Source: a virus
Lineage: Duplodnaviria; Caudoviricetes
Direction: 5' to 3' (one strand)
Virus record (IMG/VR): IMGVR_UViG_3300042970_000025
DNA length: 64,000 nt
The notes below the pieces were generated by a model, which was given only the letters and a program-made list of their open reading frames with translations, had not been told where the DNA came from and made no database searches. The position numbers and the translations under genes were made by a program. This document shows, one piece after another, positions 1-10,152 of this stretch; within the stretch, counting starts at the first letter, position 1, and each line of letters opens with the position of its first letter.

Positions 1-120
1 GTGAAATATGGATATGCAAGAGTAAGCACGGTGAATCAGGCTGCCAACGGAAACAGTCTGGAGGCACAGAAACGTGAGTTGGAGAATGCCGGTGCAGAAA
101 AGATTTATATTGATCACTTT
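1..120 (+). pseudogene. Truncated small serine resolvase/invertase (N-terminal fragment only)
   Basis: MKYGYARVST..Q.....LEAQ..EL...GAEKIY.DHF is the resolvase catalytic N-terminus. Similarity ends at about residue 40, where the frame runs into the convergent terminator. Confidence 0.7.
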
Positions 121-145
121 GATTGTTTCATACTCTCGAAAAACA

Positions 146-179
146 GAGCAGGCACTCCAGATGGGGCGCCTGCTTTTTA
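146..179 (-). terminator. Intrinsic terminator hairpin after the recombinase operon
   Basis: gagcaggc actccagatggggc gcctgctttt inverted repeat at the end of ORF 177..1745. A hairpin with the same gagcaggc arm occurs at 53103-53146. Confidence 0.55.
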
Positions 180-1745
180 TTCGTTGATGGTGATCTGCAG
201 ACCGGACTTGAACTCGATCATGGCTCTATCCTGGTAGATAATGATCTGCCGGATGAGCTTTCGCACCATGCGCTCGTCGAACTCGGCGATAGCAGTCTGC
301 TGATCTTTCAGGAAGACCTGCAGCTCGGTGATTCTTTTCTTCAGGTCTTCTTGGCTTCTGGCTGAGGCATCGGCCTTTTCCTTTTCTTCCCGCAGACGGA
401 AAATCTCATCGGCGATGGCGTCGTAGTCCTCTTTACTGTTTGCTTTCCTGATGAGCTCCGTCTGCAGTTCATCGAGCCTTAACTGGATGCCTTCCGCGCT
501 GGATGGATCGGATTCGCAGATGGCTTTCGCCATGTTTTCCTGGAGCTGATGCAGGAATTCGTCTTTTCCGGTAAGAATCTGATTGAAGGCTTTTACGGTG
601 ATGTCCTTCAGCCAATCTTCCTTGATGGTGCGGTTTGTGCAGACTTTGACTACGGAAGATGGATCAAGCCGGCTGATGCAGCGCCAGACGATAGAGGTTT
701 TGCCGTGGATATACCAGTGGACTCTTCGGTAAAGATCGCCGCATTCTCCGCAGACGACAATCTGGGAAAAGCAGTTGTTTCCGGAGTAGACTCGCTTCTT
801 GCCGGAAGGGGAGCGGTGGACATTTCGCCTTCGGACGAGCTCCTCCTGAACCTGCATGAAAAGCTCTTTAGGAATAATCGCTTCATGGTCGTCCTCAACG
901 TAGTACTGAGGAAGAACACCGTTGTTCTTGACTCGCTTCTTGGTTAGAAAGTCTGTGGTGACGGTTTTCTGAAGAAGGGCGTCTCCCATATACTTTTCAT
1001 TTCTAAGGATCTTATTGATCGTGGAATCGTACCATTTGGTATTGCCTGCTCCAGTGAGAATGCCGTCTTGTTCCAGGCCGCGCGCGATGGTTTTCATGGA
1101 GTAGCCTTCGAGGTATTCCCGGTAGATTCTGCGTACCACTTCGGCTTGGTCAGGATCAATGACGAGATTTCCGTTTTCATCTTTCGTATATCCTAGGAAG
1201 CGGTTGTGGTTGACCTGGACCTTTCCCTGCTGGTAGCGGTACTGGATGCCGAGCTTGACGTTCTGGGAGAGGGACTGGGATTCCTGCTGCGCGAGGGAGG
1301 CCATAATCGTGATCAGAACTTCTCCCTTGGCATCCATTGTATTAATGTTCTCTTTTTCAAACCAGACGGCGATATTCTTTTCCTTCAGCTGCCGGATGTA
1401 TTTCAGGCAGTCCAAGGTGTTTCTGGCAAACCGGCTGATGGATTTCGTAATCACCATGTCGATGTTTCCGGCCATGCATTCATCGATCATCTTATTGAAC
1501 TGTTCTCGTTTCTTCGTGTTGGTTCCGCTGATGCCGTCGTCTGCAAAAATCCCGGCAAGCTGCCAGCCTTCGTGGCTGTTGATGTACTCCGTGTAGTGGG
1601 AGACCTGCGTCTCGTAGCTGGTTTCCTGTTCATCGGTATCCGTGCTGACGCGGCAGTAGGCTGCAACACGCAGCTTTGGCTTTTCTGCCTGTTTGACGGT
1701 ATTTCCTATCTTTCTTCTTGCAGGAATGATTGTAATATTTCCCAT
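177..1745 (-). CDS. Large serine recombinase (resolvase + recombinase + Zn-ribbon)
   Basis: [39 protein letters not shown]...WRC motifs; 522 aa. Confidence 0.95.
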   Translation of the reverse strand: MGNITIIPARRKIGNTVKQAEKPKLRVAAYCRVSTDTDEQETSYETQVSHYTEYINSHEGWQLAGIFADDGISGTNTKKREQFNKMIDECMAGNIDMVITKSISRFARNTLDCLKYIRQLKEKNIAVWFEKENINTMDAKGEVLITIMASLAQQESQSLSQNVKLGIQYRYQQGKVQVNHNRFLGYTKDENGNLVIDPDQAEVVRRIYREYLEGYSMKTIARGLEQDGILTGAGNTKWYDSTINKILRNEKYMGDALLQKTVTTDFLTKKRVKNNGVLPQYYVEDDHEAIIPKELFMQVQEELVRRRNVHRSPSGKKRVYSGNNCFSQIVVCGECGDLYRRVHWYIHGKTSIVWRCISRLDPSSVVKVCTNRTIKEDWLKDITVKAFNQILTGKDEFLHQLQENMAKAICESDPSSAEGIQLRLDELQTELIRKANSKEDYDAIADEIFRLREEKEKADASARSQEDLKKRITELQVFLKDQQTAIAEFDERMVRKLIRQIIIYQDRAMIEFKSGLQITINE

Positions 1746-1747
1746 CG

Positions 1748-2164
1748 TTATTCCTCACTTTCAATCAGACTGTACAAGTACTCTGCACGCTTCTTAGGAT
1801 TTCCGGTCGTCTGCTCCGGAGCAGAGATGGTGAACTTCGTTGCTGCAGGCTTCTTTGTTTCGGGCTTCCTGCTTGGGTGAAGCCGTCCCAGCCGCTCAGC
1901 CCGCTGAATCCGTTCTTCGTGGATCCGGTCGAGTGTTTCTTTATCAGTTATGGCAGGGTAGAAGTCATCGCCTTGGTAGTGTCTGTTTTCAAGCAACCGC
2001 TTGATCGAGGAGTGCGTGGCTTCGATTCCAGCGCCGGATGCTGCTTTTGACAAAGACATCCCGGCAAGGTAGTTCCTAAAAAGCTGGTGCAGTTTTTCTG
2101 CTTCTTCCTTGCAGATGACGGCTTTGCCGCCTTTAATCCGGTAGCCGTAGGGTATGGTTCGCAT
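1748..2164 (-). CDS. Small recombinase-domain protein (middle gene of the triplet)
   Basis: PYGY...[16 protein letters not shown] recombinase-domain motifs, no catalytic Ser domain. Start taken at MRTIPYGY. Confidence 0.85.
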   Translation of the reverse strand: MRTIPYGYRIKGGKAVICKEEAEKLHQLFRNYLAGMSLSKAASGAGIEATHSSIKRLLENRHYQGDDFYPAITDKETLDRIHEERIQRAERLGRLHPSRKPETKKPAATKFTISAPEQTTGNPKKRAEYLYSLIESEE

Positions 2165-2168
2165 AACG

Positions 2169-3722
2169 TCACATCCTTTCTTTAAGCTCAAGTCCGCACT
2201 TCAGGCAGAAGGTGATTTCATGCCGGGAATGCACCGTGATATGATCGACGAATTCATTAAACAATTCGCCGTCAAACTCCTGAAGCATTTCACTTTTCTC
2301 GGCGAAGTGGAGAAGGGCTCTTGTCTTTAGCAGCACCTCAGTGACATTGGAAGCGGTGTTTTCCAGGAAGTCAATCTCCTTCCGGATGCCGTCTGAAGCA
2401 GCAAGAAGTTCTGCAGTTTCCCTGCTGTAGAGTGTCTGGTCGATGATGCCCTGCGTCATCAGGTGGGTTAAGGTCTGGCGCTTTCTTGCATTTTCCGAAA
2501 GCTGGCCTTTCAGGGCATCGATCTGGTCCAGTGTTTCTTTTCTTGCGTTATCCTTAAGGCTGTTTGCATAAGGCCTTAAGATCAGCCGGTAGGAATAGAT
2601 CAGTTTGTTCATCATGGTAAGAAACGAACGCTTCAGGTCCTCATCTTTGATGGACTGCATCGGGCATTTCGTTTTTCCCTGCAAATGTGTCTTGCACACC
2701 CAGATCACAGGACGTCCAGAAGAGGAGTAGGCGATACGCCGTTTAAACGTGCTCCCGCAGCATCCGCAGAGGATCTTTCCGGTGAACGTATATCGTTTCA
2801 GGTATTTTTGATTGTCTTTTTCGATGCTCTTTTCTTGCGAACGCTGCCTGATCAGGCGCTGCACATTGTCCCAGTCCTCGCGGCTGATGATGGGCTCGTG
2901 GTGGTCTTTAACGAGAATCGCATCTTTTTCACCGCGGTTAATGTGACGCTTAAAGGAAGAGTCGGTCCAGGTCTTCTGGAAGATACAGTCTCCGGTGTAT
3001 TTCTCATTGGAAAGCACGCAGTGGACAGTGGAGCGCAGCCAGACACGTCCGTTTCTTGCCGGGATGCCTTTGTCATTTAGAAGATCTGCGATTGTATCGC
3101 TTCCGGTTCCCTTGAGTGCTTCATTAAAGATGAATTGAACGACTTCGGCCTGCTTGGGGTTTACCACCATCTGTTCTCCGTTCCATTCATAGCCGTAGGG
3201 CGGGTACACCACTTTGAAGGTTCCGTTTTCAAACCGCTTCCTGGCGCTCCATTTCATGTTCTGTGAAATGGAGTAAGATTCATCCTCTGCCATGCTGGAA
3301 AGAATGGAAAGGAAGAGTTCACTTTTCATGGATCCGGTGTTGATGTTTTCTTTCTCGAACCAGATCGGAATGTTTAAGTCCAGGAGCCTTCGCACGAGGC
3401 TCAGGCAGTCCGCAGTGTTTCTGGAAAAGCGGCTGATGGACTTCGTGATCACCAGATCGATTTTCCCGGCTTCGCAGTCCGAGATGAGATGCTCCAGTTC
3501 AGGCCGGGCGGCTTTTCCTGTCCCACTGATGCCTTCGTCGTAGTAGATGCCGGCAAGCTGCCAGTCGTCTCTGGAATTGATGTAGCGTTCATAGTGGGAT
3601 TTCTGCATATCCAGGCTCTCAAGCTGTGCATCGGTATCCGTACTGACGCGGCAATAGGCGGCAACCCGCAGGATTTTCTTTCTTTTGCTCGTTGCTTTTT
3701 CTATCTTTGTTATTTTTTTCAA
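2169..3722 (-). CDS. Large serine recombinase
   Basis: [36 protein letters not shown] motifs. Likely TTG start at 3722 after a GGAGG RBS. Confidence 0.93.
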   Translation of the reverse strand: MKKITKIEKATSKRKKILRVAAYCRVSTDTDAQLESLDMQKSHYERYINSRDDWQLAGIYYDEGISGTGKAARPELEHLISDCEAGKIDLVITKSISRFSRNTADCLSLVRRLLDLNIPIWFEKENINTGSMKSELFLSILSSMAEDESYSISQNMKWSARKRFENGTFKVVYPPYGYEWNGEQMVVNPKQAEVVQFIFNEALKGTGSDTIADLLNDKGIPARNGRVWLRSTVHCVLSNEKYTGDCIFQKTWTDSSFKRHINRGEKDAILVKDHHEPIISREDWDNVQRLIRQRSQEKSIEKDNQKYLKRYTFTGKILCGCCGSTFKRRIAYSSSGRPVIWVCKTHLQGKTKCPMQSIKDEDLKRSFLTMMNKLIYSYRLILRPYANSLKDNARKETLDQIDALKGQLSENARKRQTLTHLMTQGIIDQTLYSRETAELLAASDGIRKEIDFLENTASNVTEVLLKTRALLHFAEKSEMLQEFDGELFNEFVDHITVHSRHEITFCLKCGLELKERM

Positions 3723-3747
3723 GGTCGAAATTCCTCCTTTCCCGTGT

Positions 3748-3969
3748 CTATACATCACTCTGATCGCTGCACATAGCAAGGGGATGAGGAAAGATTTCCC
3801 AAAACAGGGGAGAGAAAGTTTTGAGAGTGATGTCCATAAATTTGTCATATTCGCTAGAAGTAATCAGGCCGTATTGAAGCATCTGATCAGCGATAACTTT
3901 AGCTCTCTCATAGTTGAGATCACCCTGGATCCGTTCATTCGTGTAAAAGTTGTCATTGTCTTTACTCAT
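3748..3969 (-). CDS. Small SHOCT-like protein
   Basis: MLQYGLITSSEYDKF motif, RBS, typical position upstream of serine recombinase triplets. Conserved in prophage 2. Confidence 0.7.
   Translation of the reverse strand: MSKDNDNFYTNERIQGDLNYERAKVIADQMLQYGLITSSEYDKFMDITLKTFSPLFWEIFPHPLAMCSDQSDV
3749..3780 (-). promoter_or_regulatory. Bipartite motif CTTGCTAT-N11-AGAGTGATGTATA upstream of the recombinase operon
   Basis: Same motif and spacing at 23615, 24204, 25375 and 56718. Confidence 0.65.
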
Positions 3970-4017
3970 GGATATTTTTCCTCCTGCTTTCTACTGGAGA
4001 AAAAGATGTGTTTTGAG

Positions 4018-4058
4018 CAAAAAAATAACGGCTAAAAGGAGATTTTCCTTCTAGCCGT
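4018..4058 (-). terminator. Terminator after endolysin
   Basis: cggctaaaagga gattt tccttctagccg hairpin followed by a T-run on the - strand. Conserved at 56988-57026. Confidence 0.6.
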
Positions 4059-4077
4059 GTTAAGAAGTCATATTCAG

Positions 4078-4944
4078 TTAGAGAAGAGCCTTGATCTTGG
4101 CTCTGGTCTTCGGACCTGCGATGCCATCTGCGGCAAGGCCGTATTTCTTCTGGAAACTCCTCACTGCCTTTTCGGTAGATGGACCAAACAGACCATCCGC
4201 ATTAAGTCCTGCTTTCATGATTTTGTTCAGGCACTTCTGGAGCCGGATGACCTGAGATCCGGTGTCGCCTCGTTTAAGGTCAATAGTAGGGAAGGCAATC
4301 TCATAGGTGGAAGTGCTGCTTTTCTTGTACCCGTTGAACCCGCCCTTTCGGATGATGGAAGGGTAGTCGATGTAGGCGTAGTTCATATCCACGTTTCCGC
4401 TGATTCCCGGGACTCTCCCAGAAGAAGAATACTGCCAGATGCCGTAATCCCCGCGGTAGCTGCATTTCCCTGCGTACTGAGCAACCCAGTGCGCGATGGA
4501 CTTTAGCTTCGAATCATCCAGACGGTTTTCAAATCCGGAGTAGGTGGAAGCGTAAATCCCTGCGTAATACCCGGCTTTCTCTAACTCCTTGCAGAACGCA
4601 AGTGCTGCTTTCGTGGTGCCGGAGCGTTTTGAGACTGGCTGCGCTTCGCAGTCAAAGTACACCGGGTACTCCAGTGTCTTTCCCTTAAGGAGCTTCAGGA
4701 ACCTCTTTGCATCTGCTTTTCCAGCATGCGCCGTCACGCACTTTGGTCCTGTGAAGTAATACGCGCCGACTGCGATGCCATTTGCTTTTGCTCCTTTGTA
4801 GTTTGCTTCCCATCTGCTGTCCGTATAGAAGCCATCATCAGAACCTCCAGCTTTTATGATGGCAAACTTTATTCCCGCTGCTTTTACCTTTTCCCAGTTG
4901 ATGTTTCCCTGCCAGCGGCTTACGTCAATTCCTTTTACCGCCAT
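4078..4944 (-). CDS. Endolysin, GH25 muramidase with C-terminal peptidoglycan-binding domain
   Basis: GIDVSRWQG, YFDCE, WQYSS, VDMN, then LKRGDTG...LQ..L...DGLFGP.T..AV..FQ...GL..DGIAGP.T. Confidence 0.93.
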   Translation of the reverse strand: MAVKGIDVSRWQGNINWEKVKAAGIKFAIIKAGGSDDGFYTDSRWEANYKGAKANGIAVGAYYFTGPKCVTAHAGKADAKRFLKLLKGKTLEYPVYFDCEAQPVSKRSGTTKAALAFCKELEKAGYYAGIYASTYSGFENRLDDSKLKSIAHWVAQYAGKCSYRGDYGIWQYSSSGRVPGISGNVDMNYAYIDYPSIIRKGGFNGYKKSSTSTYEIAFPTIDLKRGDTGSQVIRLQKCLNKIMKAGLNADGLFGPSTEKAVRSFQKKYGLAADGIAGPKTRAKIKALL

Positions 4945-5358
4945 TTATTTTTCCTCCTTTTCTGCCCGGTCATGAAGCTGCTCGAGCACAGCTTTCAGTT
5001 TCACTGGAATCGGAAGGCCCAGATGCCCGGCGTTTTCCAGCAAAGACACACCTTCATTTGAGATATAGAAGAAGAGCACGGCCGTCCGGACGATGGATCC
5101 AGATTTGATGACGTCCACGTCAATCAGATTGGCAAGACCCACGAGCATAAAAATAAGGACCTTCCTGCAGATCCCCTTAAACCCGACAGCAGATGATAAC
5201 CGCTTGTCCGAAATGGCACACATGACGCCTGTGATGTAATCGATGATGACGCACGCGGCGAGAAGAAAAATCAGCCCGTCGCAGCCACCGAGATAATACC
5301 CGATCCACCCGCCGAGTACAGCAAGAACTGCCTGATTAACTGCCCAGAATTCTTTCAT
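4945..5358 (-). CDS. Phage holin (toxin secretion/phage lysis holin family)
   Basis: Hydrophobic helices, DYITG...SS.VGFKGI.RK, NEG.SLLENAG.LGLPIP. Start at MKEFW. Confidence 0.9.
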   Translation of the reverse strand: MKEFWAVNQAVLAVLGGWIGYYLGGCDGLIFLLAACVIIDYITGVMCAISDKRLSSAVGFKGICRKVLIFMLVGLANLIDVDVIKSGSIVRTAVLFFYISNEGVSLLENAGHLGLPIPVKLKAVLEQLHDRAEKEEK

Positions 5359-5374
5359 AGGTTGCTCCTTTCTG

Positions 5375-7600
5375 TTAAGCTGTCCGTTTCCAGACATTTA
5401 CAACGAGGTATGGAGGCATGTTGTTATGCGCCGCTCCTCCTCCCGCATATCCTGTGGTAAAGGAATGCGTATGTGAACCTCCGCTTGCGGTACTGCTTCC
5501 GTGAGAATAGTTCTCCGAGTCTTTGGACCTTGGAAGTTTGTATCCCGATCCGGAAATATTTCCGGAATAAGTATCTGCGCCGGTGTCACCATCTGTGGTC
5601 AGATGCACATATTTACCCGACCCGTAGCTGTGACTGTGAGAACCTCCGCTGTCTGTAGTTCCATTGTGTTGATGTGACGGCATCTCAGAAGCGGTAAGTG
5701 TATGTGCAGCTTCCCCTCCGGTGTCTCCAACTGTATATCCGTTTCCGGATGCCAGCAGGAACTGTCCGCTGACTGGTTCCCAGGTGCCTCCAAAAAGTGA
5801 AGCAGGAGAAACAGAATTAACCGACAGGTAAATTGAGCCTACCGGATAGATCAGATCAACAAGCTCTTTTCCTCTGTAGGATAGCTTGCCGTTGAACCTG
5901 GCATCATACTGGCACTCAAATCCGTCGCCCTCTGAGATTTTCCCGATGGCCATGCCTTTTCCGCCTGCGTGAAAGTCCATAATGACTTCCGCCGTCTGCA
6001 CGATAACCGAAGAAGAGAGTGTCGTGAAATCATCGGTAACCGACAGCGTAAGTTTGTACCTGTTTGTCGAGGAGAAGACTTCGTAGCCACTGTTTCCTCT
6101 GATATCGAGTATTCCGGAGGCATGGTAGGAAGTCAGCGTCAGATTGATCGTTCCATTGGACGAGTCCGTCAGGTTCGTCCAGGTAAGAGTAGCTGCTTTT
6201 GTATTCTTATCATTCAGGGAGCTTATCGTGATATCGTAGGTTATCCGAAGAACCGTTCCTGCATCGTCTATGGCAAGCGATCCGTCAGACTGCACAGACA
6301 TCCTGGTCGTGGTAAAAGTTCGGATCACAGGATTATTGTAAGGAAGAATGGTGACTGTCTTTTCTGCCAGCTCCGATGCTCTTCCTCTTGCGTCCGTAAC
6401 TGAAGCGGTAAAACTGCTGTCGCTCTCTTTGATCACCTGATCGGAAGTAATCACTGACTCAGAAGAAATCATCGATGATCCGCTGATAAAACTTCCGGTA
6501 TAGGTCTTAATCGGAGAGCTGTAACTTGCTGTTCCGGTAACTGTCATTGATGGAACAGATTTCCCTGAGACAAATGCGCCGTAGTGCTGAAGAAGCGTCT
6601 CGGTGCTGTCTTTGCTGCAGGTCACCGTATCAGAAACCGCTGTGATCTCTGCCTTTGGAATGACCGATGCAGGAACGATCAATGTGATTGCCGCGCGGTC
6701 TGTGGCAAGTACGGTATCCTCAAAACAGGTGTCCAGGCGAATTGTGCAGGATGCAGACTCCGCTTCGGTGATATGGTCAAGCAGGCTGAGAGGCGGCGTG
6801 AACGTTGTGCTTCCTACTACAGAAGGATCGGAGATTCCGTCTGTTCCTGTCACATCGTTTACCGTATACGACAGGTGGTGCGTATATCCGGGATAGTTTC
6901 CCTGCGTATAGATTTCTGCAGAGCTTGACCCATCGATCATGCAGGAGGAGTCCGGAAGATACAGCGTGCTTGTCCCCGGCCGGTAAAGTGCCAGGCTGCA
7001 GGTGTTGCTCCCAAGGGATGTATTTCCGTTATATGTGGTGCAGGTGATCGTGCACTTCCCGGAAGATCCTGCGGTGCACCAGGAGAATGGAATCATCCAG
7101 TTCACCGAAGCTTGCGCCGTTTGGGCTGCGATCGTTGTATTTTTTCCATTCCAGGAAGCCGTCAGTGTATGGGTAAAGGATGAGGACTTCCGGTTCGTGT
7201 TGATGGTGATGGCAGACCCTAGTGTTCCTGAAGATGGGCATGTCGGAGCGGATTTTCTAGCGATCGTGGTGAGTGTTTTCGTTAAAGAATCTTTTACGGT
7301 TCCTGAGCTCGTGCTGGTTGCGTATGATGCAGAGACGGTCAGTTTCTTTGACCCGTCAGAGTTATGCTCGATATCCAGTGTTTTGCTGTAGATGGTATTG
7401 CTTCCGCTGGTCGTGCTATTCGGGTTTAAGCTGACGCTTTTCGTGTATTTTATGCCGTCGATGGTGACCGTAAGTTTTGGCGGGTTATGATCGAAAGACC
7501 CACTGGTCCAAGATGCTTTCACTTTAACCGTCACGCTGGATGAGTTATTATCCACCGAGATACTGTTTTCTGTGATCGATGCTGTAATGCTTACTGGCAT
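5375..7600 (-). CDS. Minor tail/baseplate receptor-binding protein (DUF859-like N-part, baseplate-type C-terminus)
   Basis: Ser/Thr-rich beta protein. C-terminal YPVGSIY...GGTW...GGEAAHTLT..EMP.H.H...HNNMPPY.VV..WKRTA. Confidence 0.75.
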   Translation of the reverse strand: MPVSITASITENSISVDNNSSSVTVKVKASWTSGSFDHNPPKLTVTIDGIKYTKSVSLNPNSTTSGSNTIYSKTLDIEHNSDGSKKLTVSASYATSTSSGTVKDSLTKTLTTIARKSAPTCPSSGTLGSAITINTNRKSSSFTHTLTASWNGKNTTIAAQTAQASVNWMIPFSWCTAGSSGKCTITCTTYNGNTSLGSNTCSLALYRPGTSTLYLPDSSCMIDGSSSAEIYTQGNYPGYTHHLSYTVNDVTGTDGISDPSVVGSTTFTPPLSLLDHITEAESASCTIRLDTCFEDTVLATDRAAITLIVPASVIPKAEITAVSDTVTCSKDSTETLLQHYGAFVSGKSVPSMTVTGTASYSSPIKTYTGSFISGSSMISSESVITSDQVIKESDSSFTASVTDARGRASELAEKTVTILPYNNPVIRTFTTTRMSVQSDGSLAIDDAGTVLRITYDITISSLNDKNTKAATLTWTNLTDSSNGTINLTLTSYHASGILDIRGNSGYEVFSSTNRYKLTLSVTDDFTTLSSSVIVQTAEVIMDFHAGGKGMAIGKISEGDGFECQYDARFNGKLSYRGKELVDLIYPVGSIYLSVNSVSPASLFGGTWEPVSGQFLLASGNGYTVGDTGGEAAHTLTASEMPSHQHNGTTDSGGSHSHSYGSGKYVHLTTDGDTGADTYSGNISGSGYKLPRSKDSENYSHGSSTASGGSHTHSFTTGYAGGGAAHNNMPPYLVVNVWKRTA

Positions 7601-7603
7601 TTC

Positions 7604-9262
7604 TTATTCCTCCGTATCTTCAAGTAATTTGAAGGACAAGTTTCCGTTTGGCTGCGGAACAAAAGCAAAGTCATCCTTCCCATCGCTTTCTTCTCCAAAA
7701 CGGATGGACTGAAGGATCCTTGCTTTTGTGATCTTCATCGTATCGGTAGTAAAAAAGGCGGCTGCAGTGCCGCCTGCATAAAGATGCATTCCTTTTTTCG
7801 AGATCGTGACTTTGTAAGGGGATCCTTCTTCACCGATTTCAATCACGAGCTCTCCATCCACCGTTGCTGACCGGATATACTTTAAAGGCTCATGAATAAG
7901 AGTTAAAGCTTCCTGCGAGAAGTTAGAAATGAGAAGAGCTCCTGCTGCGATCTTTTCTGACGTGATCGTTCCTTTAGCAATTTTAGAGCCGTCGATATTT
8001 CCAGATCCGTCATCCAAAGCCCATTCTTTTAAAATCTCTTTTGCTTCCTCTGCGGATGATTTGATGGAAGGAAGCTCTGCCTGATTATCTAGCGCCTGCT
8101 GCGCTTTTCCCGTTGCATCCTGCACCTTCTCATCGATCGCATCGAGCCTTCCTGGGATACGCTCCGTCCGTGCGACTTTTTCCGTGTGCGTTGTCCCGTC
8201 GGAGTCGGTGTAAGTAATCTCATCATACACCGCCTCTCCATTTTCATCGGTTACGGCTTTCGTCTCGCCAATGAGTCCTGTGATGGTCTCCGAGATTCCG
8301 CCATCCCCATAGACATCCTCCTGAAGGGTAGATACCGATCCATCCAGCTCGTCCGCTGTATCTTTTGCACTGTCAGCTGTTTCCTTGGCAGCTTCTGCTT
8401 TGGCGTTGATCTCTTCCAGGGACTCTCTCCAAGGCGTCGCAAGGGCGCCTTCTTCAACTTTCAGGTTCGCAATATCAATGGTCGATCCTTCAGGCATTTG
8501 GGTTAGGTCAAAATATAGACTCTGCATGGATTCAGAGATGCCTAAGGATAGGGCAGTGGAGGAGACATGCACCCATGCATCGGTGTTATCTTTATCCGGA
8601 TCATCAGAAGTATTATCGATTGCATCAAAGGTAATCTGGATATTGCTTCCATCTTCATCCCGGACACTTACTGGAATGGAAAAAATGCTGGACTGGCGGA
8701 TATCAAGGCTTAACGTGTAGCTGCTTCCTTCGGTTTCCTGCGCGAGGACTTTCCGAAGGTTCTCAGAAGAGAAGGCTGCCCATACGTTTCCGGAAGTATT
8801 GCAGGAGATCGTTAGATAATTGGTAGTATCAAGATCAGTGTAGATACTTTCACTGGTTTCGGAAAGGATGAGGGACGAGGGCGCGCTCCATCCGGTCATG
8901 CCTTTGTTCGTTCCAATCAGAAGGTTCACATTTCCAATTTCTGTATCGGCGTTACTTTGCGTTGAAGTAAGGTCTACGTTCGTAGCTATTGAATCTGCAG
9001 AAAGGTCATCCGAGATATCTTCCAGTTCGGAAAGCCGCTCTTCTATATCATCCGCATCTTCTATCGTTTCAGTTTCGTCACTGATGTAGCTCCAGCTGTA
9101 CCTTGCTGGATCTGTTGATTCTGTTTCCAACTGATCACGGTAAGTGCCACGCATAAGGGCATCTTCATACTCGGTCAGAGAAAAGTTCGTTCCGTCTTCA
9201 TCATCTGAAAAGGCGCAGTGTAGATAGTAAACCTGCCCATTAAAGGTTGTTTTTACAATCAT
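7604..9262 (-). CDS. Tail-associated structural protein
   Basis: NLL.GT...K.EEG..ATPW carbohydrate-binding-like segment, coiled coil, FAFVPQPNGNLSF C-terminus; located in tail module. Confidence 0.6.
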   Translation of the reverse strand: MIVKTTFNGQVYYLHCAFSDDEDGTNFSLTEYEDALMRGTYRDQLETESTDPARYSWSYISDETETIEDADDIEERLSELEDISDDLSADSIATNVDLTSTQSNADTEIGNVNLLIGTNKGMTGWSAPSSLILSETSESIYTDLDTTNYLTISCNTSGNVWAAFSSENLRKVLAQETEGSSYTLSLDIRQSSIFSIPVSVRDEDGSNIQITFDAIDNTSDDPDKDNTDAWVHVSSTALSLGISESMQSLYFDLTQMPEGSTIDIANLKVEEGALATPWRESLEEINAKAEAAKETADSAKDTADELDGSVSTLQEDVYGDGGISETITGLIGETKAVTDENGEAVYDEITYTDSDGTTHTEKVARTERIPGRLDAIDEKVQDATGKAQQALDNQAELPSIKSSAEEAKEILKEWALDDGSGNIDGSKIAKGTITSEKIAAGALLISNFSQEALTLIHEPLKYIRSATVDGELVIEIGEEGSPYKVTISKKGMHLYAGGTAAAFFTTDTMKITKARILQSIRFGEESDGKDDFAFVPQPNGNLSFKLLEDTEE

Positions 9263-9273
9263 GACATTCTCCT

Positions 9274-9765
9274 TTACAGCATGGCCATCCAGCCAAAGGC
9301 AGTGTCTGTATCACTGGTCCTATACATGCAAAGATCAAATCCTTTTGTTGTCACGTTGTTTACGCTGCAGGAGATCTTGTTTGGAGCAGAAGAAATCGGC
9401 GTGATGGTGACGGAAGGGATGGTCGTAAAAGCCTTTGGGAAATTCACATGTTTGGTCGCGACCTTGTTTTTCTTTGCGCTAACCAGTACGCGTCCTCTCT
9501 GGATGTTACGCACACTCACATTCTGATTCGCATCAATGCTAAAAGCCGAGAGCCTGGAATCGATGGAATCTCCGATGCTTTCCGTAGCCTGCGTGATCGC
9601 TCCTGAAATCTCTTGGTTCAGATTCGCGGCGTTCAGCTGCGTGCCTTCTGTCGTAACGGTGCCTTCCGAGCGGGTAAGGTCAAATGTCCCGAGCACCTCT
9701 CCGGTATCAGCGTTGGTTAAAGTAAACCTTCCCGGGTGTTCAACCACTCTGTCAATAAAAGCCAT
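9274..9765 (-). CDS. Tail protein with H-type lectin/gp53-like C-terminal domain
   Basis: VNFPKAFTTIPSV...NVTTKGF...W.A motif. Start MAFIDRVVE, matching the prophage 2 copy. Confidence 0.65.
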   Translation of the reverse strand: MAFIDRVVEHPGRFTLTNADTGEVLGTFDLTRSEGTVTTEGTQLNAANLNQEISGAITQATESIGDSIDSRLSAFSIDANQNVSVRNIQRGRVLVSAKKNKVATKHVNFPKAFTTIPSVTITPISSAPNKISCSVNNVTTKGFDLCMYRTSDTDTAFGWMAML

Positions 9766-9778
9766 TGATATTTCCTCC

Positions 9779-10150
9779 TTAGTATCCTGCGACGTACGTA
9801 TCTGCAGCATAAATCAACTCTCCGCTGTAAACAGAAGCCTTCGTCTGATCCAGCAGATAAAGAATCTGATTTCTGATCTGAAGCGTGAGAGTTTCCACCT
9901 GGCTGAACGTTTCGCTCGTCATTTCATCTCCCGGAATCGACTCAGCTATGCCGGTGACAGCAAGCATCGTCTGAAGGACAGATAGTATCTGGTGCCACTG
10001 TGACAGCGTCACGAAATCATTATCGGTATAGTTCTCCTTCAGCTTCCCATCCGGATAGAGGAGATTCAGATTAGAGCAGATGCGGTTCATGTCGGTGCTC
10101 CTGACCCGGTCAGTTCCGGACCAGTCGGTTTTTGGTTCTATCCATGTCAT
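9779..10150 (-). CDS. Phage tail module protein
   Basis: MTW.EPKTDW...DMNRI..N motif typical of siphophage tail genes. Conserved in prophage 2. Confidence 0.6.
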   Translation of the reverse strand: MTWIEPKTDWSGTDRVRSTDMNRICSNLNLLYPDGKLKENYTDNDFVTLSQWHQILSVLQTMLAVTGIAESIPGDEMTSETFSQVETLTLQIRNQILYLLDQTKASVYSGELIYAADTYVAGY

Positions 10151-10152
10151 AG

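Noticed and set aside
1-237. Intact DNA invertase driving tail-fibre switching
   Set aside because: Resolvase similarity stops at about residue 40, and no inverted tail cassettes or crossover repeats were seen.
5375-5700. Diversity-generating retroelement acting on the tail protein C-terminus
   Set aside because: No reverse transcriptase or template repeat in the window. Differences between the two copies here are mostly synonymous and not adenine-specific.
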